DNA from: Fimbriosthenelais zetlandica
Taxonomy: Eukaryota
Direction: 5' to 3'
Length of the DNA stretch: 64,000 nucleotides
Assembly: GCA_977030845.1 (NCBI GenBank)
Contig: OZ365114.1
Coordinates: 29,016,001 to 29,080,000, forward strand
Both the position numbers and the translations under genes were made by a program. Position 1 is the stretch's first letter, and every line of letters begins with the position of its first letter. The notes beneath the pieces were generated by a model. It had not been told where the DNA came from, ran no database searches, and saw only the letters and a program-made list of their open reading frames with translations. Shown here one piece after another: positions 12,601-25,200 of this stretch.

Positions 12601-15600
12601 CTGCAATGCTGCTAAAGCCAATATCTCAAGCTTATCCTATAGCTTTCTCCAGCCTGGGACGCTTCCTATACCTTCACCATGGAGAAGCAACGCTGCCACC
12701 TACCCACACACACTTAACCACCCACACACACACTCACCCACCCACCCACACCCATACAGTACTCTGAACCAGCCCTGCCAGCAAGAAGACTACAGGCCAA
12801 CAAGAGGAGTACGAGACTGCAGGCAGGAGAGGAATACCATTGCTAACACAAAGGTACTGTACTCTATTCTTTACACTAAAAGATCCCATACCTTCATAAA
12901 ATATATAATAGATGATGTAACACAAACATTGGTCTGTATTCATGACATGAAAAGACAAACTAAAGCACTGGCAATGCCAAAACAAACACGAAATGGATCA
13001 ATATCCCCTCCTTATAGCAACACAGTATTGTGTATCAATACAAGAGGGAATCGTGAAGGGCCTCTCAGGGGAGGCGTATACAAGGGCAATTGCCCTGCTA
13101 GGGAGGGTTTCTTGTTTGTTACGTAAGGGATATAATATTGAATTGCATGCCTTGTGGGTGTTCGGAGGACATAGGTTCTGTTCAAAATTGTGCCTGTATA
13201 ATTATGTATATGTGACTGCATGTAAGATATTGCACAGGCCATTGACATATTATAAGAGAAAATCATACAATGCAAGGAGTATAGCCAGCAAGTCACATAG
13301 TGCAAGACTGTGACAATACAATATGCAATATACAAACAAATACAATATATTGACAATCTATACAAATACATGATAAATATCACATGCCATATAAATTTTA
13401 ACTTGAATGATTTACAGTGAATAGACGTGAATGATTTAAAGGGAATGAAATATAATATACATTCAATATATTGTATACATAATATTTTATAACACAAGCA
13501 GTATACTCTTAACATACTTGTGCAATATGTTATGATGCAATATAGCAGATGGCAGTTAAGCTTTTCTATTATAGTGTGTTGAGAATAAGTTATCCCACGT
13601 TACAGTACATTTACTCTAGTAATGTGGGATAAACTTATTCTCAACAGATTTTAACAACGTATTACAGTAAGCTTTGTTGTGTTAAACTCCTTTTAAACCG
13701 GATTATATATAATGCATATATATACATAATGCTTCTAATCTCCTGTTGAGATTACCTAACTTACAGTCCAATAACAATAGAGGGATTTGCATTCTGTGGC
13801 TTTATAAGTTCATTTGTCATATTTCTAAAGGTTTGTTTTGCAGAATTAGAGAGATTAATTAAATATAAGAAACGTTGATTTATCCGCAATGTTTTTCAGA
13901 TCTAAAAATATTTTGGTTGTTTTTAATTCTATCACGCAAACCACATTTCTATTTTCTCTCTGTTGTCTTCGTTGAATTGACGTTCTGAATGTTTTATGTG
14001 AGATGTTGGGGCGTAAAACTGATTCATGGACTTGGCAGATTATTAGGGGTCAAAGAAGGTCATGTGAGGTCACCTGAGGTCATCCAGCGTCCTCAGAAAT
14101 TCCACATCCCACATTAACCCTAATGACCCCAAGATGTCCTTTAAACTATGCCATTTTAATCTTCATGACCTTTTTGACATTAAGATCTCTGAGGTACATG
14201 CTTAGGTCACTCTTTGTCCATTATTTTACCATTTGATTTGTTTTTCTTCTTATTTTTAAATGAATCGAGACTTATGCTACTTTTTTCGATTATGGCTTGC
14301 CAAATCCATTGGATAGTAATTTCTAGTGACACAACCATAATGTTGAGACATGTAGCCCCAATTGAGAGTAATTTAAGTTGGTGGGTCTTGGGAGCCAGGG
14401 GTTAGGAGCGCTCCATTAAAAAAATCCCAATACTTTAGCCTATGGCTATGAAACAGGCATGAGCCCACCCGATATCATAAGTACCAACATGGGAAGTGAA
14501 AAATGTGGAACAGGCACCGTCTGGATCAGTCACATACCAATTAAAAGTCTTCCTGAAGAAATAGGTCAATACTTGGACAGGCTATATTTAACTGTATCAG
14601 TTCTACCGTGACATATGATTGCTAGATCGTATGGCTGATTTAGTACTGTAGGTGGGCGTAGGTGGGTGGGGGTGCATGGGGGCAGGGGGAGGGCGGGGGA
14701 GGTGCTGGTAGAACTAACATTACCATTTACATGTTGGCTCGAGGGAGATCCAACGAAGAACCAATGTGGATTCCAATGCTTATTAAGATCTTTTTTCAAC
14801 CATTTTTCCTTGTATAAGAACCTTATTTTTCTGGAAATTGGTCACATTTCCTTCGTAAAATTAATTTTTTGGTTTTGAAGAAATGGGGAGAAGGCCGGTT
14901 CTAGGCCGGAGTAGGACCCCAATTGTAGGTTAAGTCTGAGCAACCAAATGTCTCTCCAGCAGATTAGGTGTCACATAATAGGCTGATGTTTCCTTAGCAC
15001 GTCTCCTAAACAAACTTTTCTTCAAAGGTCTTCAGCAAAAAAGTAGTTCTTCCTCTGATGTTACCCTGTTGTTGCTGTTGGCGCAAGAGCATTTCCCTTA
15101 AAGGCTTTCTTGAAAATTGAATTATCAAGAGTTCCAGTTTGGTTCTGAGTGCCCCCACCCCCCGTATGTTTCAAGCTGCCTGCATTCTTCATGGTTCCGT
15201 ATAGTAAACCTGGTGATAACAATTATAATTATTAATCTTTCATGGTTCTCCACTATATATGTACATATATAAGTAGGCCTACCCGCACAGTTCAATTATG
15301 TAGCGCTTAGATAGCTGCCGTTAGTAAGCTGCTGGTAGTTACTCTGGTTTTTGTCTTTGAGAGTATTGTATCTTAATTACATAGCAACCTACACCATGGA
15401 CCGTATGTATTAAAGTGGTGATCTATTCATTATTAAGGGGTTATAAACAGTTAACAGTCCTATACTGGTTGACAGCATGTATTTCTGTAATGTTTCACAG
15501 TCCCAGTAAGTACCAATAAGTATCCTGAACTTCGTAATCTTGGCCCTACAAACCCCACAAGACCTTCCAGACTTTAGTGAGATCAGGCCCAGTGACTCCT

Positions 15601-15732
15601 ACGGGTCATTATTATGAGGCCTTAAGGGGTTCCCCAGTTTGTTTTAAAAAAGTTCAAGGAACATTTAAGGAATGAGATTTGGACAAGGCAAAAACCCCAC
15701 AACACCACCTAACCGCGCAAACATCAAACATG

Positions 15733-15856
15733 CCCCTGAAGCCTATACTGGTCCAGGTTTAAAGGGGTTCCCCTGAAGCCTATACTGGTCCAGGTCTAAA
15801 GGGGTTCCCTGAAGCCTATACTGGTCCAGGCCTAAAGGGGTTCCCCTGAAGCCTAC
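15733..15856. repeat. 36-37 bp tandem repeat, ~3.3 copies
   Basis: cccctgaagcctatactggtccaggtYtaaaggggtt repeated. Confidence 0.9.
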
Positions 15857-16228
15857 GAGGCTCCCTAAGACCTCAATTGGGTCTTTCCAGATAAGTAGTC
15901 TGTTGGTATAGAATGAATCTGATCCACTAGCTATATTAGAGACACAAAAAGCAACTTTAAGAGATGAGATTTGGATCTTTGATCTTTGATCTCTAAGCCA
16001 AACAGTTACAGTTAAACCTCATACATCTAAAGCCAGCAACTACTGAGATGATCCTCGAAAGAAAACAAAGAATACTTAATCATTTTGACCATGAACCCCA
16101 TCGTATCTAATCAAACCAATTCCTTTTCTTACTTTTCTTGACTTTATCTTTTTATTCCATCACAGATCTGACCTTCAACTTGTCCTTGGCCTGACATTGA
16201 CCTCTAACATTGACCTCTGACCTTGACC

Positions 16229-19200
16229 ATGGAGTTGTACGTATGGGGATCAGTGTGGACTCTTCACGTCATCTGCCTCTTCAAATTTGTGACGTCAGCA
16301 AGCACACCAGGTGAGGTTACCATGGCAACAGGATGAATTAATTTGTTTGATTGGCTTATTACATGACTTGATGAGGACGGTGGGGACAGGGGGTAAAGGT
16401 AGGGGGTAAAACAGGGGGGGGGGGGGGGGGTAAAGAGAGGGTTGTTTAGTTGGGATGGGATTCATTAATATGGCTACAATCAATGAATTAAGAGTACAGC
16501 TGGGTAATCATTGTCTGTTTATCAATAACTGTTTATAATACATTGAAATACAAGCAGAACTTTGTATTATGTTGGGTTAGTTGTTAAAGTCGCATCCAAT
16601 TATCTGATTGAGGTATTTTCCCATCACTAGCGATGCTGGCCTGCATCTGAATGTGTTGTTTTGACGCCTCTATTTCAGAAAACATCAACAGTACATTCAT
16701 CCCTTGTCTATGGCCCCTTTAAGTTAACAATCAATCTGTCTCGAGGCTTTTTTCAGCCTTCTGGGAATCGTAGCCTCAGGGCGCCCCCTTGTGGCCATCA
16801 TTGCCATCATTGATCCCACAACACTGGTCACGTGATTACCTGCTAGGTCACATGATCATCCACTGATCACATGATCACCAGTTCCCGCACCTGAGCTCAT
16901 CTTCCTTGCCAAACAAGATGGCGGAGAGCCGGATAATAAAGCATGACATGGTCCCTATATCAAATCTCAAGGGTTTTACATGGGAATATTAACGTCCCCA
17001 ACAGACCAGAGCGTTTTGTACGGCCGCAATTATGTCACAAGCGGGTTTAATAGACGCACCCACCTTGCTCTGTCTCTTTGGCACCACCAGCCGAAAGAGA
17101 CAGCAAATGTCTATGTCAAGAGAATGCGTAGGCTCTACAACTCAATTTGAAAATCGAAAAATCTGATAAGAAAAACACAAGCAACTGCATCATATGTCCG
17201 CAGTGCCTTTCAGGCATTACGGGGGCTCTTCTATAAGGGACAATACATTCCTTCAAGCCTTGGTTTTATGAAGCCCTGTTCCTATTTCAAGTATGACACA
17301 GAGGCCAGTCAAATATTCTATATTGAATTCTCTTTTCTCTTTTGTCATTTACAGATTCAGAGAAGGTTGCAAATGGCGTCGATATCTCTCTATACATGAT
17401 ATCATTGGACAATGTAGGTGTTTCTGAAGTTTGCTTATGACTTTTTATACGAGTAAAGAATAAGTTATGATTCTAGAAGTAATGCTCAAAATTGCATTCC
17501 CATAAAGATAAGTACATTATGCTTACAATTGCCCTTAGTACTTACCTTTCTATGACATTCAGTATCTTAATTTATCACCATTAAGAGAGCCTTTGAATCT
17601 GACATGGCGTTAAATTAAAATCCATACATAACACATTCCTGTATCATTTAAATTTCAGTGGAAGAGTGATGGAGTGAAGACTAGTTTTGAGAGCACGGTA
17701 GTGTCAGAGGCGAACTCTATGTGTGCGTCCGCTCCATTATTCTGCGGCTTGTCAGCTTGGAATACAACAAGGTAAGCCAAGAAAATATAAATATTTGTCA
17801 GCGTCTCTGCGCGCGTCACTTTATACTTTGCGCGTCATTTTTCCCCTCATTTTTGGTCATTCAGGCTTCAAATTAGGTGATTGGGTCTGTTTTGATTTCC
17901 AGAAATCTTTTTTTCTAATTCCTCTATGCAAATAATATAAAGAACATGACTTGTATTAGTCCATATATGTGTCTTCATTTCTTTGCATTGTCAATAACCA
18001 AAGGATTGCTATATTTTATAAACAATAAAACTGCATGTAGGCCTAATGGGGGGACAATTATTTTTTAATTTTGACACCTCACCACTTTTGGTCAGGTAGT
18101 GGTGATGCTAAACATGATACTGTTTCTAGGCCTAAGTGATACACTTGTAATAGGGGGAAGAATGTGGAGAGGGTTGGGCGGAGTCGAAGGTTGTAGAGCA
18201 AAAGATCCTGAGGGTTTCGTTCGTGCAGACCTTGCTCGAGGCTGGTCAGGCTTCCAAGGCTGTTACATGGCCATCCGTACTTCCTTTTCCTTAATCCTCC
18301 ATGCCAATGTCAATGGCCAGAAATGTCTCCCAAAAGGGAATCTATAGGGAATTAGTACACGGCTGTGGGTTTTTATTTACGTATAGACCAATTACTAAAT
18401 GTTATAGAAATCTCTAGGGTCTGTATAGAGACGCGTCTCTATAGGATTGGAAAGTTATATAATTTCTAACGGTAGGTCAATGGCTTGAAGCATATAATTA
18501 GAATGGTCCCAGGTGAAAATGGTCAGTACCCTGTACTAAAGGCAATAAAACACTCCAGCCGGCTTCGTGTCCCATCCCAAAAATAGAAGGCCCTCGCCCT
18601 TACGGGCTCGGCTTCTATTTGTTGGGCTGGGACCCTCAGCCTGGGCTGTCGTGTTTTATCGCCTACTTAGACGCGTCTACCATAGGAATCTATAGGGAAT
18701 CAGACGCGTCTACCATGGGAATCTATAGGGAATCAGACGCGTCTACCATGGGAATCTATAGGGAATCAGACGCGTCTACCATGGGAATCTATAGGGAATC
18801 AGACGCGTCTACCATAGGGAATCTATAGAGAATTAGACGCGTCTACCATAGGGAATCTATAGGGAATCTAGACGCGTCTACCATAGGGAATCTATAGAGA
18901 ATTAGACGCGTCTACCATAGGGAATCTATAGGGAATCTAGACGCGTCTACCATAGGGAATCTATAGAGAATTAGACGCGTCTACCATGGGAATCTATAGG
19001 GAATCAGACGCGTCTACTATAGGGAATCTATAGAGAATTAGACGCGTCTACCATAGGGAATCTATAGAGAATTAGACGCGTCTACCATAGGGAATATATA
19101 GAGAATTAGACGCGTCTACCATAGGGAATCTATAGAGAATTAGACGCGTCTACCATAGGGAATCTATAGAGAATCAGACACGTTTGATCACATAGTACCA

Positions 19201-22200
19201 CATGTTAGATCAGACGTCTCTATTGTGTACAGTACAGCCATGTTATGTTACGTCACCCATGTTAACATTACGTCAGTGGCTGACGTAAGCTCCTGAATGT
19301 ACACATATAAGTCCATTAACGTTAATGATGCTCTAAAGTACGTCAATTAGCGTTCACAGCTAAACTTGCCGCCCACTAACACGCACAGAAACTGGGAGCA
19401 AAGTTCTCAGACAACTGACTCATTTGGTGGCAATAATTTGTAGTAGCTGCTAATGGGATATTAAAGGCCAGATTTGTATAGCACTGTCTGTGCTGAGAGG
19501 CATTGGTCAGTCATGTCTCTCATTGTCTATGGTGAAAGCAAGGGTAGGCCCTATATATACTATCCTTGGTGAAAGGCATAGGTCAGCCATGTCTCCCATT
19601 GTCTTTGTTGAATAGGACATGCATTTTGTATTAAAGGAACTGACATATGTCAAGGATATTGGCTTAGAGGAGAAATGGTTCAATGAATTTTTTCATACAC
19701 AATTTTGTCATACACAATTTTGAGGGGTTTGTCCCTTGCATCCTACTATTTCCGAAACCTGAACTAAATAATATTATTAATTTTGAGCTGCACACTTTTT
19801 TGTAAATCTACTGACTCATGCAGAAAATCACGTCCAGGATCAAAACAATTTTTAAAAAGTGAGACCCGTAGAAATCTGTTCCCACTTTAGTTCCAGACTA
19901 GCATGCTACAAGCCCATAGACTATACCGCCTGGGAGCCCACCATCCTAATAGACCATAAACAATATTCCTTATGGGACAAAAACCGTTCGAGACGAGGTC
20001 ACCATTGGCAACCTGGGAATTCCGCACTCATTTCAATTTAAAAATCAATGGTATGTTGAACAGCATCCCCTGCGAGGCTCGTGAGAGGGGGTCGCACATC
20101 CTGCCCACCCTCGCCAGTCATTAGGACTCATTAGATCACTAATGACTGATACGCATGACTGAACGCTACTGGGTTTTTTGTAATCAATATTAGAAGCAGT
20201 GAGCTGTACATGATCCACTTAGAGAGAAATCGATCATACTGAAGCCAGGAGCGTTTATCAACACGTGGCACGTAGACCTGGATACAACAGGTTAAGGTGC
20301 GTCAGGTGAGAGCCATTTCATAATGGAAATGAGCTGCGTATAATTAATGTAGCGTTTCATATGTTTAGGTTTGAGCTCATGATGGGGGTCCCATTTCAGA
20401 TTGGAAATGTGTTGTACATGATAAAGTAGCAGAACTTTGTTATGGAACTGGCCTCCAAAGTTAATGTGTTCAGGTTTAGGTTGATTATGTGAGAGCCATT
20501 TCGTAATGAAAACTTGCTGCATGCGTATAATTAATCAAGAAGTTTATATATGTTCAGGTTTGGGCTCATGATGTCAGAACCATTTCAGAATGGTATTGTA
20601 CATGGTAAAGTAACATTTCTTTGTTGGAACTGGCCTCCCAAGATATATATGTTCATTTTGGGGCTCATGTTGGAAGACCCGTTTCATAATGAAATGTGTT
20701 GCTTATGATAAAGTAGGACATGGCTTTGTCGAAATTTAGACCTAGAAGGGCCTCGTAGACATAAAAACCTGATATCTAAACCACATGACCTACAGCGGTA
20801 AGACTAGTCTATGATCATGGATTTTCAACTTAAGATTGTCTGTCATGTAAACACCTTCATCAAGTTCAAATACGCAGAGTTTCTCCAAATCTTCCATAAA
20901 TACTTCTTCCCCCGATGCTGCTGGCTCATAAAGACAAGGCATGAGAGGCTTGTAAAAAGCCCATGTGTAACTCTGTCTACGTTAAGAGGCATGTAAACAA
21001 TCATTTCTGCTAATAGACTGCCGCCATATGTCATCCTTGACACGATATGACCTTGAATATTGCCGCAACCTTGAACACCAATGAAGCAACCAGATCAAGT
21101 CGATGAAATTCATGAATCATAAAGTCACATAAATTATTGACTCCTTTAACCATTTCCTCTCTTTGTACATTACTGACAGTTTTAGTGCAAGCTATTGACT
21201 ATAAACATTTGCCATTTATTGTTTTTCAAGCAGGCAGATAAGCAAAAACACTGGATGTGAATTTCAAATAAGAGTAAACATGTTTTTCTAATTGATGTGA
21301 TGGTGGGCCTGTCAATCGTTATTCAGTTCGGATCGTTCAGCTCTACATAAAACATTGATTTTTAGTAAAATAACAATGACACAATAAAGACCCGGAAGTG
21401 TGTGTTTTGTTGTCAGGACAATAGCAGGGGTACTAAGTCTGGTGATTATTGACCCAGTGTCTGACTCGGTTAGACTCCCTCAGCAGCACTGTCAGTAACT
21501 ATAGAGCTGGACCTTTCTTTTGTGGTAATTGTAAAGCCGGGAATACACTAATCCGATTCTCCTATCCGTCGCCATCCGATACCCTATTTCTAATGACATC
21601 TAAAGCTTGAAATTTTGTCAGTGGTTAGCCTTACCTAGGTGTAAAGGACTGTTCAAATTGCAAGCATTTGGTGCGAATAGAAATATAGTTTCTGACAGCT
21701 ATCGGATGGCTCCGGATAGAGAAACGGATTAGTGTATTCCTGGCATAAGGATTGATGTTTCAGTTATATCATGACGGTGCCTACTTGTGACAGTGAGCCC
21801 TATGCTCTTTTGTGGTGTTGCCTCACTGAGGTATCACGTCGCAAGCACATGACATGATACTTCAAACCGTAGGCGATGGACCAGCGCCCAAAAAGACGGT
21901 CATCCTGGCCCTTGAGTGGAGACCGACATTTTGGGCTCTGCTTCACCGACTCCCCTCGAGTGAAGTCGGTCGAGCACAGCCCAAAACGACGGTCTTCCCT
22001 CCAAGTCCCGAAAGTGTTACAGAGCCCCAAAAATCGCCCCCAATGGCATCCTGGCCCTAGAGTGGAGACCGACATTTTGGGCTGTGCTACACCGACTTGA
22101 CTCGGGGGTAGTCGGTGGACCAGTGCCCCAAAAGACGGTCTCCCTTCCAGGCCCGTGGTGGGAGACCGAGTGACTGGGGCCTTCTTCACCGACTCCACTC

Positions 22201-25200
22201 GGGTGAAGTCGGTCGAGCACAGCCCAAAAAGACCATCTCCCCTCCAAGTCCCGAAATTGTTGCAGAGCCCCAAAAATCTCCCCCCAAGGGCATCCTGGCC
22301 CTTGAGTGGAGACCGACATTTTGGGCTCTGCTACACCGACTTGACTCGGGGGTAGGCGGTGGAACAGTGCCCAAAAAGACGGTCTCCCTTCCAGGCCCGT
22401 GGTGACTCGGGGGTAGGCAACAATGTTTCAGTTTTATCATGACGGTGCCTACTTCTTGTGACTGTTTTTCCTCTATATAGAAGCCCATGTTGAAGCCCCC
22501 TTTTTCAGTAACTGGCCTCAAACTGGAGAAATTAGTTTCGAAAATACTAAAAACACAAATATGGTTCAATATTTTGTATCTATACACAAAAAATCTTTCA
22601 GGATATGTAGGGCAGTGTATTGATGTTCTCCTTTTATTGTTGTTCTTTGAACAATACTACAAACAATCTTTGTTCTGTTGGTTTCTATGGATATTTTTAC
22701 AATCAGAAAGCTAAGGGAAGTCTGTAACAACTATATAAAAAGCCAGTTCCATAATATGATTAAAGCCACCTAGATATTTCTTTTCTTTGACACAGATGAA
22801 ATGCGTTTGCGTTTCTTAAATGTTGCAATCTAATGGCATTGGGTGACTACACAGATATTTCTTTTGTCTGTGATGCTTTCGCGTTTCTTAAATCGATGTA
22901 GTCTTATGGGTGACTACATAGAGCCTTGTTCCATCAATGGACGCTGCGACATTTTTCTTCTGAAAGGTTGCTAGCTGTACAAGCTCTTCTTGTAGCTAAG
23001 CAGCCAAAAAGGGGATAACTAAATCCATATCCATCCATATATCTTGTAGACAGTGGCAAGTTTGGAAGAGCACTAAGCCTAAGCAGCTGACAAATCAATA
23101 GGCCTGTATCTCCATCCATCTTTTAGCTATGGTGCCTTGGCTGCAATGTTGGCCCCAGAACAACCGCAAGTGCAAAAAGGGAACGAAATTAATTGCCCAT
23201 CTAACATAACAAAAATGAATGGCATCAGTCAGGCAAAGTGCGGGCCCCAGTACTGGCATTAAAACAAGGCAGGTACAGAAAGTAGGTTAGTCAATAAAGT
23301 ACAAGACTTCTACTGTTAAATAGGTATAGACCTTATATGTAGTAATGGCCCATTGCAGTTATAGAGTGCATTGCAGGTCTTTACGTGGAACCTTGATCAA
23401 CAAATCTGTGGTGTCTACTATCATTAAGAATCCTTACTGGTCAAGTAATAGTGCCATGAACAAACAAGAAAATGGCCCATAAATGATCACTACTGAATTA
23501 ATTAGAATTAAACCAGGAAACCTGCATACGGGTTAAACATTCTAGCCCATGCTCCATCCCTCATAAGTAAGCATAAAGATAAAATTCAAAATTCCAGCAG
23601 CCTCATCTACACCAGCCATCTTTTATTCCAGTTTTCCCATCATTTTCCGAATACGAATGAGCCAGTATTGAACCCATAATAGATATATACTTGTAGACAT
23701 TGTATGAAGCCTGTGAACCTGTTATTTTATCAGACTAGAGTATACATTCCCTCATCAGTCTCTAGGGTGACCACAGTCATTCGGGAGCCGTTAGGTCTGC
23801 CAGCCAGGTCTATTGATTCCTTAACCCTTAACCCAGATCATGCGAGCTCTACCTACTGTAGAGGCATGCCACCACTGATCGCATCTGGAGTCGTTGACCT
23901 CCTAATGGTCATTAGTGCATCATTAAGTTATTGAACCATTTACAGTCAGCGCAGATTTAAACTCAGCCCAAAACGAACAGATTGGTGATTGGTAGGTTTA
24001 AATGAGGACACCAGCAACCAGACCGAGGCTGGCGTGGGGCATTGTGAACAGCTGCAGCCTTATGATTTTTCATTATATTGTATATGTAAAGTTAAAGGCC
24101 AGCCATGTCTCCCACTGTCTGTGGTGAGAGGCATGTAAAAGGGTGGACATGTCTCCCAGTGTCTGTGGTGAGAGGCATGTAAAAGGCCAGCCATGTCTCC
24201 CAATGTCTCTCGTAAGCAGCAAGTAATAGGCCAGCCATGTCTGATGGTGAATTGGGCTGCTGTTGTGTGTAATCGAGTTGTGGGTTATGGGTTGTGGGTG
24301 TTAAAACTATTGAATACTACATCAGGCTTTGCTAGGGCGGGGAGATTCGTGATCTGATGATTCTGGAACAGTTTAATTTCACTGCAGTTAAAGGCTGAAT
24401 ATGACAAGAATCTCAAAAGTTTGGTCGTTCTGGATTGGTCTAAACCTGAACATTCTATTTTTCAGGGAAAGTCAGTGAAGGTTGGGAATCCCCCTTTTGG
24501 ACAAAACAAATTCTCAGGGAATAACTTGTGTCCAGAAACCCCTGGGACACTTTGCCTGGTTACTGGGGCCTGTTTCAGAACAACCATTAACAATACTAAG
24601 TCTATGGGAACATTTTACGCTGAAACAGGCCCCTGGTCTGTCCACTATAATAGACTGAGATACTGCAGGAAGCGTGAGAGGAAGTGTGGTTAGAATCGGG
24701 GCGTTAAGTGGGGCGGTAAGCTTAGAGAATAGCGGATATCAATACGTCATTTATAATGTATGACAATCAACAGGCTGTAACCAGGCAAGATCTCTATAGT
24801 CACTACTGTATCAAATCACTGAATCATACCAACATTACAATATCTCTAACTCTCTCACTCCCACTCTCTCTTTCTCTCTCCCTGTCTCACTCCCACTCTC
24901 TCTCTCTAGCTCTCTCGCTTCTCTCTCACTCCCACTCTCTCTCTCTCAATCTGTCTCCCACTCTCTCATGTCCCACAAATTGCCTATCTCCTTTTGCTCC
25001 TCTTTCGCTGCCTCCCTCCCTTTTATTATATCCTTTCACTCTCTCCTTTCACTGTCACTCTATTCTGTCTCCTCTCTCTCTCTCTCTCTCTCCCTTCTCT
25101 CTCTATCTTCTCTCTCCTATCTCCTATTCCTCACTCCACTCTCCCTTTCCCTCTCCTTGTCCTTCTCCCTCTCACTTTCACCTTAAACACACTCGTGACT

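Noticed and set aside
16229-16260. MELYVWG start resembling an RCC1 repeat
   Set aside because: The remainder is a signal peptide and no further RCC1 repeats follow.
18669-19180. Palindromic direct repeats resembling a CRISPR array (also 36178-36490 and 58480-58890)
   Set aside because: No unique spacers, units are contiguous, no cas genes, and the context is eukaryotic introns.
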